Shown: positions 20,501 through 29,563, counted from the stretch's first letter. The stretch: 64,000 bases of DNA from Acaryochloridaceae cyanobacterium VAR_48_metabat_390 (GCA_031422435.1 JANPLU010000020.1:15898-79897), one strand, 5' to 3'. Numbers and translations are program-made. The notes: generated by a model from the sequence alone, not told the origin.

Positions 20501-21094
20501 CCAGTCAACATGCTGGCGATCGAGGAATATGATCGCACCATGGCTCGCCTCGAAGAACTGGTGCAAAAGCTTACTACCCTTGAAGATGAGCGCACGGAAC
20601 TGCTGCTGAGAATTGAGAACTTCACGACGCTGCGGCGGAATTCTTTCCGAGAAGCCTTTGATGTCGTCAACGACAGTTTTCAGTCTATTTTTGCGGGGCT
20701 ATCGGATGGGGACGGCTATCTGGAGTTAGAGGATCCTGAAGATCCGTTCCGAGGAGGGCTGAACTTGGTAGCTCATCCGAAGGGCAAGCAGGTACAGCGG
20801 TTGGCCTCTATGTCGGGGGGTGAAAAATCTCTTACAGCGCTCAGCTTTATTTTTGCGCTTCAACGCTATCGTCCTTCTCCCTTTTACGCTTTGGATGAAG
20901 TGGATAGTTTTTTAGATGGGGTAAATGTGGAGCGCTTAGCCAAAACTATTCGTCAGCAAACCGAGGGCGCTCAATTTATTGTGGTCAGCCACCGTCGCCC
21001 CATGATTGAGGCTGCAGACCGCACCATTGGCGTGACCCAGGCACGCGGCACTCATACCCAAGTGATTGGGATGCAGCTTCGACCTCCCGGCTAA
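17537..21094 (+). CDS. smc: Chromosome segregation protein SMC
   Basis: GPNGSGKSN Walker A, long coiled coils, hinge GRATFLPL, SGGEKS signature, LDEVD. Confidence 0.97.
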   Translation: MYVKRLELSYFKSFGSTATIPLLPGFTVISGPNGSGKSNLLDAMLFALGLTGSKGMRAERLPDLVNQAQLKRGHSSVETKVTVTFDISDVPPEDGTPLEERPAEREWEVTRKLRVTKQGTYTSTYAINGEPCTLTDLHDQMNRLRIYPEGYNVVLQGDVTGIISMNARQRREIIDELAGVANFDRKINQAKEKLDAVKDQEDRFRIVEQELKEQCNRLDKDRVKAQKYQLLRAEFNEKSTWENVLAYRQLQQQTEKLQQQIQAEAQQQTAIEGQLGAIALEIQTLSATLAELNAQVKALGEDEQLAVQAAIATQDAELRQLERQQAELKATQQVATERGQQLQRQLAEEQMQLATLTQQRQGLEAETLKGLTQQRDQAQADLEQIREQSRVIANSADAWVQEQAKLRQQMETLLSTLDPKRSEFAQLRERVEQLGRQCEQQTEESQTLAQTIAEKQIQLTESQAELETHQLSVQTLATALATADESVRTEQDTQTRLQREQREKQRQLDQLEAKEEAQQEAQGTFATKILLKSNLSGVYGLVANLGRVEPQYQIALETAAGARMGHLVVDNDEVAAAGIELLKRERAGRATFLPLNKLRSGQDLPNLKVEGALNYAVYLIDFDPKYDAVFAYVFGNTVVFETLSAARRYIGRYRIVTLDGELLEPTGAMTGGSRSNQQTLHFGNAEAGESAEILALRQRLGEIEQMLSRIEARLGQHQQSLATETQALTAARQQHRDVQFQVEQLTKELQGLTQRRDSLFQQLAASTQELSSASTRLQTLEAELPQQEAELAGLRTAIATQEQSQTHGEWQRLQAQIQAQETLLNAREADLRRAQQQLQALDVQLLRLQEKQQQNQTEVERGQQQISAVQQQEAANLQQQQQISTAITEMRVELQRLEAHLGEAKQNRDNAEQQLRARATNQQEMTWQIQKLQETQQQQTEQIAQLQTQLQEKAQELPTPRPELPEGLTLEVLREELRSLQRRIQAMEPVNMLAIEEYDRTMARLEELVQKLTTLEDERTELLLRIENFTTLRRNSFREAFDVVNDSFQSIFAGLSDGDGYLELEDPEDPFRGGLNLVAHPKGKQVQRLASMSGGEKSLTALSFIFALQRYRPSPFYALDEVDSFLDGVNVERLAKTIRQQTEGAQFIVVSHRRPMIEAADRTIGVTQARGTHTQVIGMQLRPPG

Positions 21095-21129
21095 TTTTGA
21101 CTCTCTATAGTTGATAAAGACCATACGCT

Positions 21130-21591
21130 TTGACAAAGACTCTATATTTAGCCAACCCTTACGGCTTTTCAAAACAGCAGCGATCCTTATTGTTGCCCCC
21201 AATTATTCAATCGTTACAGAAACTAGGAGTCCAGGTATGGGAGCCTTTTGAGCGCAATAATCAAATTGACCTTTCTCAAGCGGGGTGGGCTTATGAGGTT
21301 GCTCAAGCAGACTGTCAAGATGTTGTGGCTTGTGATGGCATATTTGCCATCGTCAATGGCACCCCGCCCGATGAAGGCGTAATGGTGGAATTAGGCATGG
21401 CGATCGCCCTCCACAAGGCCATCTTTTTGTTTCGAGATGACTTCCGTCGCTGCACTGACAGCGAAGAATACCCCCTGAACCTGATGGTTTTTGCAGGGCT
21501 TCCTCAAGACACATGGCAAGATTTCTTTTACACCTCCGTAGAAGAAATCAGCTCACCCCAAAAAGCGCTCTTTTCTTGGGCTGATGGTTAA
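21130..21591 (+). CDS. Nucleoside 2-deoxyribosyltransferase family protein
   Basis: YLANPYGF, D.G...ELGMAIAL, NLM motifs. Confidence 0.85.
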   Translation: MTKTLYLANPYGFSKQQRSLLLPPIIQSLQKLGVQVWEPFERNNQIDLSQAGWAYEVAQADCQDVVACDGIFAIVNGTPPDEGVMVELGMAIALHKAIFLFRDDFRRCTDSEEYPLNLMVFAGLPQDTWQDFFYTSVEEISSPQKALFSWADG

Positions 21592-21612
21592 CTTTTCCTG
21601 GCTCTGACGCCT

Positions 21613-22854
21613 TCACGCGGCACCGCCGCCATCATCGGCTTTATCCAAAACGCTCAGCACCGCCTTCGGTAAAAGCTTATCCTTGAACCAGACCAATGGA
21701 GCAGGCGTATCTCTAAAATCAACCCCCGCCTTTTCAAGGTTTAGTCGCTCCGAGATCGCAAGAATCAAATCGCTACGCCCAGCCTGACGCACCTGAGAAA
21801 ACTTTTTCTTAAGGTACTCCGGTCGCCAATAGCCCACAATCTCTAACAGCGCCGTTCGCCCATCAGGATGTACCAAACGAAAATCTGGAATCACTACGCT
21901 TCCAGGAATTGGAATTAAATCCACTTCTCGCTCTAGCTGCCATTCCGTCTTCGTCTTTGCCCATCGCTCAGCAAAGCCTGCCTCAATGAGGCTATCAAAC
22001 GCTTTGCCTGGTGGGTAGTGGCTCACCAATCCGCAATCGGTATCTAGAGTAAAGCGACGCAGATTAGTGGTGCCCGTATAGGAATCTTCTACTTTTAGGG
22101 TTGCGGTCAAACTCCACTTGGTGACGTGCAGCAGCGCAGGTAAAAGTTTCGCCAAGGCAAGGCCATAGCGGGTACTTGTCTGAAACAGGCTGGCAGGGCC
22201 ATCAATGGTGAGGGTAAACCCGTGTTCCGCATCGCCCTCAATGTAGGTCATGAGGCCAAAGAGCTTCAGATACCGAAACAGCAGCTTATATTCTCCAGGA
22301 TCGTTACGGTGGGCGTTGATTACAATATCGCTGGCACGATAAAATACGCCCTGCACTTGAGACAAGTTGTAGCGGTGCAGTAATGCTTCAGGGGTGGGTT
22401 CTTCAAACTGAGTCAGAATTTGATTTTCGTTGAGGTCAGCGTATAGCCCTTGAGTAAGCTGTATGGGCAAAATCTCTTGCCCTAATTCTTGGGTGAGCTG
22501 TTGCGCTAAGGTTTGTAGCGTTTGGGCTGCGCGCAATGGTGTAGGGGCTTGCTGAGCTGAGAGGCTAAACGCCCTCTGACGCAGTAGCTGCGGATCTAAA
22601 GGGCTGCGGGTTTCAAAGGTGCTGTAGTTTTGAGCTAATAGGTGGGCTAAACCACGCTTCGTTCGGTAGTCGGTATCTTCGCCCTCTAGCTCCAGTAGCT
22701 GACGGTTTACTTCGCCCCGTGTAGTGCCCTGGGCATCGCGGAAGAGCGTGATGAGTTCTGTGGCAATAACGCCATACCCTTGCTCTAATGGCAGTCGTTT
22801 GGGAATCAGCGTTTCGCCGCTATGGCGATGCATGAGAAGATCGCTTGGCAGCAT
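21613..22854 (-). CDS. DUF790 family (Bax1-like) predicted nuclease
   Basis: MLPSDLL start (ATG 22854), LYADL, RYNLSQVQG, DGPASLF..TRYG, FDSLIE, PDF...EIVGYW. Confidence 0.85.
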   Translation of the reverse strand: MLPSDLLMHRHSGETLIPKRLPLEQGYGVIATELITLFRDAQGTTRGEVNRQLLELEGEDTDYRTKRGLAHLLAQNYSTFETRSPLDPQLLRQRAFSLSAQQAPTPLRAAQTLQTLAQQLTQELGQEILPIQLTQGLYADLNENQILTQFEEPTPEALLHRYNLSQVQGVFYRASDIVINAHRNDPGEYKLLFRYLKLFGLMTYIEGDAEHGFTLTIDGPASLFQTSTRYGLALAKLLPALLHVTKWSLTATLKVEDSYTGTTNLRRFTLDTDCGLVSHYPPGKAFDSLIEAGFAERWAKTKTEWQLEREVDLIPIPGSVVIPDFRLVHPDGRTALLEIVGYWRPEYLKKKFSQVRQAGRSDLILAISERLNLEKAGVDFRDTPAPLVWFKDKLLPKAVLSVLDKADDGGGAA

Positions 22855-22856
22855 GA

Positions 22857-23522
22857 TTAAGCGTTTACCTGCTGCCGCACCCATTGCCGGAAGTCGATTT
22901 CTGCGGCAACTTCATCCAATAACGCCGCTTCAAGAAATTGGTATAGATCTGTTTTTTCAATGAGAGGAAAGGTGGGAGGGCGATCGCACTCTACATACGT
23001 CCCGTCTACTAACTGCAAAATCTTCCACACGCGACCGTTAAAGCGCCAAAACTCCTGCACGCCCATGCTGGCGTAGAGCGTGTTTTTATTGAGATCTGTG
23101 TTGGTAATGTCTACTTCTACAACCAAATCAGGTGCTGGATCGACGTTTAGGTTCACTTCGTGACTGGCAACCAAAGCGTAGTTTTGGATGTAGTACCCAT
23201 TGTCTGGCTCAGCACTTTTGAGTAAATCTTCACGGTCTAACGTGGTCGATCCCATCGTCTTGACCTTCATACCTAGTTCCATAACAAGAATCAAGATAAA
23301 TCGCTCAATCAGTCTTGCTGAGCGTTCGTGTCCTTCTAGGGGCATGGTAATTTCCAGCACTCCGTTGTCATAGGTGAAGCGGGCGCGGGTGCGCTCCGTT
23401 AGCAAACTTTGAATTTGTTTAAAGGCGTGCCAATCTAGATTGCGAAAGGTTAGACGCTTCTCACCGACAAGCTTGGGAGGGGACTCTATCAACATCTCAA
23501 TCACCGCAATGACAGGAAGCAT
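22857..23522 (-). CDS. Uma2-family endonuclease
   Basis: YDNGVLEITMP..HE, EPDNGYY, PDLVVEVDIT, YASMGVQEFWRF. Confidence 0.9.
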   Translation of the reverse strand: MLPVIAVIEMLIESPPKLVGEKRLTFRNLDWHAFKQIQSLLTERTRARFTYDNGVLEITMPLEGHERSARLIERFILILVMELGMKVKTMGSTTLDREDLLKSAEPDNGYYIQNYALVASHEVNLNVDPAPDLVVEVDITNTDLNKNTLYASMGVQEFWRFNGRVWKILQLVDGTYVECDRPPTFPLIEKTDLYQFLEAALLDEVAAEIDFRQWVRQQVNA

Positions 23523-23572
23523 TTACTGTGTAGGCTTAATTATAAGAACATCGTGATTAAGTAAACTCTCTT

Positions 23573-23770
23573 TTGCCGAGCAACATGCTTCTAAATTTAC
23601 CGCTAATGCCCCTTGGCATCGGCTTAATGACCTTGCACTGCATCATTGGGGTTATGGCGGCGATCGTCGCCCAGCAGCGTGGCTTAAGTTTTCGTCGCTG
23701 GATTTGGATTGGGTTGTTAGGCGGCACTATTGCTCTTATTGCAGCACTGCGAACTCCTTCTAAACCTTAA
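23573..23770 (+). CDS. Small membrane hypothetical protein
   Basis: Two hydrophobic segments, LHCIIG...GL.F..W...GLLGGT pattern. Confidence 0.6.
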   Translation: MPSNMLLNLPLMPLGIGLMTLHCIIGVMAAIVAQQRGLSFRRWIWIGLLGGTIALIAALRTPSKP

Positions 23771-23774
23771 TTTT

Positions 23775-24302
23775 TTAGGCTTGCACGGCGTAGCCCAAAA
23801 TCAGCAAATCTTTTTGCGCCCCGTCCAGTACTGCAACCCCTGGTAAGCCGCCCCAACACTCAAAACCTTGCTTCTCAAAGAGCGCAAGGCTAGGGGTGTT
23901 ATGCCCAAAAATAAAGGCCAGCAGTCGATTTACCTTGAGGTGCGGGGCATGGGCGATCGCCTCTTTCAGCAAATATGTCCCCAACCCAGACCGACGCACA
24001 GATTCCTCCACATACAGACTTAGCTCTGCTGTGTGGCAGTAGGCCGGACGACCATAAAAGCTGGAAAAACTGAGCCAGGCTATCACCTGAGCGTTGGCTT
24101 CAACCACCCATAACGGACGAGATTCCGGTGGATGGTCATAAAACCACTGAATTCGGCTTTCCACAGTAATGGGATCAAGGTCTGCCGTGACCTGCCGCGA
24201 GGAAACCGTCGCATTATAAATTTCAACAATGCGGGGGAGATCGGCAAAGGTGGCTAAACGGTGCGATCGAGACGATAAAACGCTGTGCATAACCGCTTGC
24301 AA
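23775..24302 (-). CDS. GNAT acetyltransferase, phosphinothricin/methionine sulfoximine type
   Basis: IVEIYN, FYGRPAY..TAELSLYV, FIFGHN.PSLALF. Confidence 0.88.
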   Translation of the reverse strand: MQAVMHSVLSSRSHRLATFADLPRIVEIYNATVSSRQVTADLDPITVESRIQWFYDHPPESRPLWVVEANAQVIAWLSFSSFYGRPAYCHTAELSLYVEESVRRSGLGTYLLKEAIAHAPHLKVNRLLAFIFGHNTPSLALFEKQGFECWGGLPGVAVLDGAQKDLLILGYAVQA

Positions 24303-24400
24303 CCTTGACGAGTATTAGGTTTCCTCCCGATTATAGAAGTACTTTATCTTTTGGGTTAAACGCTACTCACCTTAGAAGCAGTCGCTTAATGGCAGACCTA

Positions 24401-24436
24401 AGATTACACCCTTCGACTTCGCTTAGAGCGCAATCT
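24401..24436. repeat. REP-like imperfect hairpin with TTCGACTTCGCT core
   Basis: AGATTACACCCT-TCGACTTCGCTT-AGAGCGCAATCT; core resembles dispersed cyanobacterial CCCTTCGACTTCGCTCAGGG repeats. Confidence 0.5.
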
Positions 24437-24466
24437 CAGACGGTACGACCTTTGCTACAAAGCGCC

Positions 24467-24826
24467 TTAATGAACCACTAAACCTTCAAAAAAAGTAAGC
24501 GGCCCAAATTCTAAATCATGAATCGTTAGCTCATCTTCATAAATGGTGAGTTTTCGAGGCTGGCATAGATGAGTGCGAACAGACACAATGTGTGCGCCTT
24601 CATCTATTAGATCTTCTAAGTACCCATCTTGAGCCGCAGTAGCAAGGGATGGATTTTCAAACGGGCCAAAGTAATAAATACAGCTTGGATGAGCGGTAAA
24701 AACCTCAACCCACCAGCTAAATCTTAGGGCAACATAGTTTGGGTCAATGGGGCAACTCATAATCATAACTCCTGAGATAAGGGAGAAGACGTTCAACGTC
24801 CGTCTGGTCTCGATCTCACTCCTCAT
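24467..24826 (-). CDS. DUF1816 family protein (true start probably downstream of the ORF-track start)
   Basis: WWVEVFT..P.CIYYFGPF...GYLEDL..EGA...CQPRKLTI. Confidence 0.85.
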   Translation of the reverse strand: MRSEIETRRTLNVFSLISGVMIMSCPIDPNYVALRFSWWVEVFTAHPSCIYYFGPFENPSLATAAQDGYLEDLIDEGAHIVSVRTHLCQPRKLTIYEDELTIHDLEFGPLTFFEGLVVH

Positions 24827-24998
24827 CTACATTGGTCAACTACACACACGAGTGAACCAATGGGTTTCAACAGGTCTGAACTGCCGATTAATACTCCAGC
24901 CCAGCAACAGCTTTGCTTGTCTTTCTACCAAGCTACACAAAGAAAGTGAGGAAACGAGAAATGCAGCAAATGTTTTAAGACGACAGCCTCGAGCAGCG

Positions 24999-25373
24999 CT
25001 ACCAATTCAACATCTGAGCAACATGATGGGCTAACTTAAGCGGGTCAAAAGGTTTAGCTAACACACCCGCAATATCTAGTTGGGCATATTCGTTTTGATA
25101 GGAAGACTGCATTTTTGCAGTGAGTAAAATTACTGAAATATCTTGAGTTTTAGGGTTTGCTCTAAGCTGGCGTAAAACTGTGAGTCCGTCTAAATCTGGC
25201 ATCATCACATCTAGCAAAATCGCATCTGGCAGAAACGCTTCAGCATGGCGCAAACCCTCCGCCCCTGATGCCGCTGTGAGAACCTTCCATCTCCCCAGCT
25301 TTTGCAGACAGATTTTAATGACTGAAACCAGATTTTCTTCATCATCAATCAACAGAATTTGTTTAGAGGGCAT
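24999..25373 (-). CDS. Single-domain response regulator (RcaF/CheY-like)
   Basis: ILLIDDE, ILLDVMMP, LLTAK, KPF; 1-nt overlap with upstream kinase. Confidence 0.92.
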   Translation of the reverse strand: MPSKQILLIDDEENLVSVIKICLQKLGRWKVLTAASGAEGLRHAEAFLPDAILLDVMMPDLDGLTVLRQLRANPKTQDISVILLTAKMQSSYQNEYAQLDIAGVLAKPFDPLKLAHHVAQMLNW

Positions 25374-27628
25374 TACGGCTGCTCCTCTTCGTCCGAAGGG
25401 ATAGGAATGGTGAAGTAGAACGTACTTCCTTTCCCCACGACGCTCTCAACCCAGATTTGCCCCCCGTGCTGCTGGACGATCATTCGGCAAATTGACAACC
25501 CTAAGCCCGTTCCGCCTTCATTGCGCGAGTCAGTAACATCCACCTGCTGAAACCGCCCAAAAATAGTTTCGAGCTTATTTGCCGGAATCCCCCTGCCCTG
25601 GTCTTGGACTTGAAACACCACTTGTTGGGCTTGGACTGGCTGGGTTTGGACTGAGGCCGTCAGCGTTACGGTGCTGCAAGGGGGCGAAAACTTAATGGCG
25701 TTACTCAATAAATTGACGAGGGTTTGAATAATGCGATCTGGGGCTGCCCAGAGTTGAAATGAGAGAGGTAAACAGGAAAGGGTGATCTGATTTTCGTCAG
25801 CGAGGGGCTGCAATACTTCTATGGCCTGCTGCATTAGGGTGCTTGCACAACACCACTGCTTGTCTAAAATAACCTTGTGAGATTCAAGCCGCTCTAAATC
25901 GAGAATATCGCTGACGAGGCGCACCAGTCGCTCTGTCTCGATCGCCGCAATTTCTAGCATACGTTTGGCTGTATCGGGTTCATCTTTGAGTACATCCGAG
26001 GCAAGTAACCCCAGGGAACCACGGATGGAGGCCAACGGGGTTCGCAGTTCGTGGCTCACAATCGAAATAAACTCATTTTTCATCTGCTCAATCGCACGAC
26101 TTTCGGTAATATCTTCAACCGTACCGACGTACCCCAGCAGTTCATGGGTCGTCGATAAAATGGGCGCAGCTTTCACTTGGCAAAGCCGGATGGTGCCATC
26201 TTTATGGATATGGCGCAGTTCTACAGAGCTTTCTTTTTGGGTTGCCATTATGACAGAGCGCTGGGGCAAAATTTTTTGAAGGTCTTCAGGGTGAATGAAT
26301 GCCTGCCATCCATCTCCCAATGTCTCTTCAAAGGTCGCGCCCGTAATTTCTTGACAGCGGGGGTTAGTGTAAGTACATTTACCCGCAGCGTCGTTTCTAA
26401 AAATGCCGACTGGGGAGGATTCGCTGAGGGAGCGAAAGAGCGCTTCGCTTTGTCTGAGCAATTCCTGAGCTTGTCTACGGTCTTGTAGCTCTTGCTGAAG
26501 CTGCTGGTATAGCTCTGCCTGCTGAAGGGCGATCGCCATCTGATCCCCAATATGCTGGAGCAGTTCTGCCTCGTCTTGCTGCCACTGCCGATGGTAGGCG
26601 CAGGAATGCACAATCAAGAGTCCCCAGACAAAGGTTGAGCCATTTTTTCGATGCTGAATAATGGGCGCAACCATCTTCGACTTAACGTGAATTGACTGCA
26701 TAAATTCGGTAAGACAAGCCGTCCATTCGTCTACTGCCACATCTTGTACAATTCGTGGGTTTCCCTGACAGTAGTAGTCGTAGCACGCTAGAGAGAAGAA
26801 TTCATCGGGGAAGTGGATATCTGTAGTGGCCGGATAGTGTGGCAAGACAGATTCTTGAACCACCGCTCCTGTGCCGTCGGCGGTGAGCTGAAAAATTAAG
26901 GCTCGATCTGCCTGGAGCAGTTGGCGAACCTCATACACGGCAGTGGGCAAAATAGCACTGAGGTCTAAAGACTGACGAACCTTTTGCGTAATGCCTCGCA
27001 ATAGCCGCTCACGGGCAACTTGACGCTGTAGCGCCTCTTTTGCGTGTTGACGATACATTAGCTCTTTTTGCAGGTTGCGATTGACCTGGGTTAATTCGGC
27101 AGTGCGAGATTGAACCCTAGACTCTAATTCTTGATTGAGCTGCTGTAGATCTGCTTCTGCCTGTTTGCGGTCGCTAATATCTTTCATAAAGCAATGATGC
27201 CCAGTCAACTGCTTTTGATCGTTATAGGCAGAAACCATGAACAACTGCTTATAAAAAATAGAGCCGTCTTTACGCACGCCTCGCGCCTCTACCTCAACCT
27301 TGCCACTGCTGATCATGACTCGATAAGCCGCTGTCAATTTTGGTAAATCTTCAGGATGAACAGTTGTACGCCAGTCCATCCCTATCATTTCGTTCGGCTG
27401 ATATCCCGCCATCTGGGCATAGGCTTCGTTAACAGAAATGTATCGCCCTTGAGCATCTAGACGTGAGATTCCCTCCACTGCATTACTCAAGGCATCACTC
27501 AGTTCTCGCCGATTTTTTTCGGTGCGCCTGCGCTCCGCTAGCTCAATCTGCGCCACGTTCTTAAGCCAAGCCACTTCAGATCGCAGAGACTCGAGTTCTA
27601 GTTTGAGCTGCTGTTCTTTTTGGCTCAT
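25373..27628 (-). CDS. PAS-GAF(cyanobacteriochrome)-PAS histidine kinase
   Basis: Two PAS domains (VHPEDL, IHPEDL); GAF with QADRALIF, FPDEFF, WTACLTEF, WGLLIVHSC..RQW; SHELRTPL; NLLSNAIKF; GTGLGL. Confidence 0.88.
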   Translation of the reverse strand: MSQKEQQLKLELESLRSEVAWLKNVAQIELAERRRTEKNRRELSDALSNAVEGISRLDAQGRYISVNEAYAQMAGYQPNEMIGMDWRTTVHPEDLPKLTAAYRVMISSGKVEVEARGVRKDGSIFYKQLFMVSAYNDQKQLTGHHCFMKDISDRKQAEADLQQLNQELESRVQSRTAELTQVNRNLQKELMYRQHAKEALQRQVARERLLRGITQKVRQSLDLSAILPTAVYEVRQLLQADRALIFQLTADGTGAVVQESVLPHYPATTDIHFPDEFFSLACYDYYCQGNPRIVQDVAVDEWTACLTEFMQSIHVKSKMVAPIIQHRKNGSTFVWGLLIVHSCAYHRQWQQDEAELLQHIGDQMAIALQQAELYQQLQQELQDRRQAQELLRQSEALFRSLSESSPVGIFRNDAAGKCTYTNPRCQEITGATFEETLGDGWQAFIHPEDLQKILPQRSVIMATQKESSVELRHIHKDGTIRLCQVKAAPILSTTHELLGYVGTVEDITESRAIEQMKNEFISIVSHELRTPLASIRGSLGLLASDVLKDEPDTAKRMLEIAAIETERLVRLVSDILDLERLESHKVILDKQWCCASTLMQQAIEVLQPLADENQITLSCLPLSFQLWAAPDRIIQTLVNLLSNAIKFSPPCSTVTLTASVQTQPVQAQQVVFQVQDQGRGIPANKLETIFGRFQQVDVTDSRNEGGTGLGLSICRMIVQQHGGQIWVESVVGKGSTFYFTIPIPSDEEEQP

Positions 27629-27645
27629 TGTTTTGTTTTAAGCGC

Positions 27646-28521
27646 TCAATAGGCTACAGAGACAGCGTAATCTTTGGGTTGAATCGTTGCGTCTGATGAT
27701 GAGGGTTGATACACCTGCGGTTGAGACTGATAGTCTTGGAATTTTTGACCGTTTCTCTGCTGCGTTACAACCTGTTTGAGTGCTGCTACCCAATCACAAA
27801 GCTGCTGCGCTTCACGCTGATCGAGTAAGGTATTAGCTCGCAATAGCTGCTCAATATTCCGCGCCAGTTCGGAGCCTTCTGGCAACCCAAAAGTCCCTAG
27901 ATTTCCGGCTAACCGATGGGCTTCTAACGTGGCAGTTTGAAGCAGCTCAGAGTCTAAGGTCATTGCGCCAGCCGCATAGGGCGCAGCGGACTCTGGGTGC
28001 GAAGCGATCGCCTGTATACAAATCTGGTCAAACAGTGCAAACGTTTTGCTGAAGGTTGCCTTGAGCTTTTGCCAGACCTTTTCAATGGCAGCCTCAACCT
28101 CTGCTTGCGCCTGCTGCTGAGAAGAAGAATGATGAATTTCTGCACTTTGTTCTAAGACTTTGGCGGGTTCTGAGTTGAGACGATAGCCTAGTCCATAGAC
28201 CGTTTCTAAACAATCGGCGGTCATGCCAGCAGCCTTCAGTTTTTGGCGTAACCCCTTAATTTGGGTAGTAACAGCCTGCTCCCCTGGAACCTCATCAGCC
28301 TTCCAGACATTCTCTAGTAGGGCACTTCGGTTAAAAATTCTGCGCGGGTTTTTTAAAAACAGCGCTAGCAAACCATATTCTTTGGGTGTGAGGTGTATGG
28401 GTGCTTTATCGTAAATCACCTCGCAGGTATCAAGATCAATCTTTAGCTTTTCCCAAGTCAGTACCGTCTGGAGGGCTGACAGTCTACGGCGCTCATTTTC
28501 TTCAACGAATAGGATTTTCAT
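27646..28521 (-). CDS. OmpR-type winged-helix + Hpt regulator (RcaC-like) lacking its receiver domain
   Basis: MKILFVEE stub, then directly LTWEKLKID..CEVIY..LTPKEYGLL...LRQKL...ETVYGLGYRL (wHTH) and AHRLAGNLGTFG (Hpt). Confidence 0.8.
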   Translation of the reverse strand: MKILFVEENERRRLSALQTVLTWEKLKIDLDTCEVIYDKAPIHLTPKEYGLLALFLKNPRRIFNRSALLENVWKADEVPGEQAVTTQIKGLRQKLKAAGMTADCLETVYGLGYRLNSEPAKVLEQSAEIHHSSSQQQAQAEVEAAIEKVWQKLKATFSKTFALFDQICIQAIASHPESAAPYAAGAMTLDSELLQTATLEAHRLAGNLGTFGLPEGSELARNIEQLLRANTLLDQREAQQLCDWVAALKQVVTQQRNGQKFQDYQSQPQVYQPSSSDATIQPKDYAVSVAY

Positions 28522-28774
28522 GCTAGATAATCCCTAAGATACACAGAGCTTTATATCAAACAATGATGCTTGTCTGGCTGAGCTAAAGTACTTACCTTCA
28601 ACTATAGGCCAGACCTCTAAAATGCAGATTTATAGTTGATATTTCTATATTTATGCTTCCCCCCACGACCTTTAAATGTGCGGACATAGTAAGCACTCTC
28701 TCGCCGAGGCAAGGGCACTCGCCGATTTAAAGGCATTGGTGCCACAATATTAGGGATAGCACGATGGCAAAAGC

Positions 28775-29563
28775 ATGAATCTGACGTGGTTTGATAGCAA
28801 CTCTTGGCTCATTGAAATGGCTGGGGCGCGGGTATTGCTCGATCCTTGGCTTGTGGGCGATTTGATGTTTGGCAATACGCCTTGGTTTTTTAAGGCGACC
28901 CACCGTCAACCGATTGCAATCCCTGACAACATCAGTTTTGTGCTTCTGTCTCAGGGTCTACCCGATCATGCCCATGTCGAAACGTTACGGCAGCTTGATC
29001 GATTAATTCCTGTGGTCGGTTCGCCCAATGCGGCAAAGGTTGCTCAATCTTTAGGGTTTGAGTCTGTTACGGCATTAGCGCATACCGAAACCTTTACATG
29101 GAATCAGGTTCTTGAAGTTCAGGCTTTTCCTGGTTCACTGGTGGGACCCAATTTGGTTGAAAATGCCTACCTCCTTACCGATCTTCAGACTACAACTAAG
29201 CTTTACTACGAACCTCACGGCAATCATTCGCCAACCCTTAAAGCCGCTGCTCCAGTCGATGTGGTCATTGCGCCGCTGGTGAATCTCAAACTGCCGCTCG
29301 TGGGCACTTTTATTCAGGGGGGCGATCGCGCGCTAGAGCTGATGCAGTGGCTTCAGCCCCAAGTGGTGTTGCCTACGACCGTTGAGGGCGATATTGAATA
29401 TGAAGGGTTCTTAAACAAGCTGATTGCGGCAGAAGGGACGCTGGAGGACTTTGGCGATCGCCTCCATCAGATCCTTCCGACTGCTCAAGTGCTAGCGCCA
29501 AAACCCAACCAGCGTATCAGTATCCCTCTAAGCGCCAAGCCTTCAGTTCTTTCAACGACTTAA
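28775..29563 (+). CDS. MBL-fold metallo-hydrolase (beta-lactamase superfamily)
   Basis: NSWLIE...LLDPWLVG, LLSQGLPDHAH, YYEPHG. Confidence 0.85.
   Translation: MNLTWFDSNSWLIEMAGARVLLDPWLVGDLMFGNTPWFFKATHRQPIAIPDNISFVLLSQGLPDHAHVETLRQLDRLIPVVGSPNAAKVAQSLGFESVTALAHTETFTWNQVLEVQAFPGSLVGPNLVENAYLLTDLQTTTKLYYEPHGNHSPTLKAAAPVDVVIAPLVNLKLPLVGTFIQGGDRALELMQWLQPQVVLPTTVEGDIEYEGFLNKLIAAEGTLEDFGDRLHQILPTAQVLAPKPNQRISIPLSAKPSVLSTT

Noticed and set aside
17537..21094. SMC as a Wadjet/MksBEF defence component
   Set aside because: Canonical hinge-containing SMC with no jetABD neighbours; scpB elsewhere in the window indicates housekeeping condensin.
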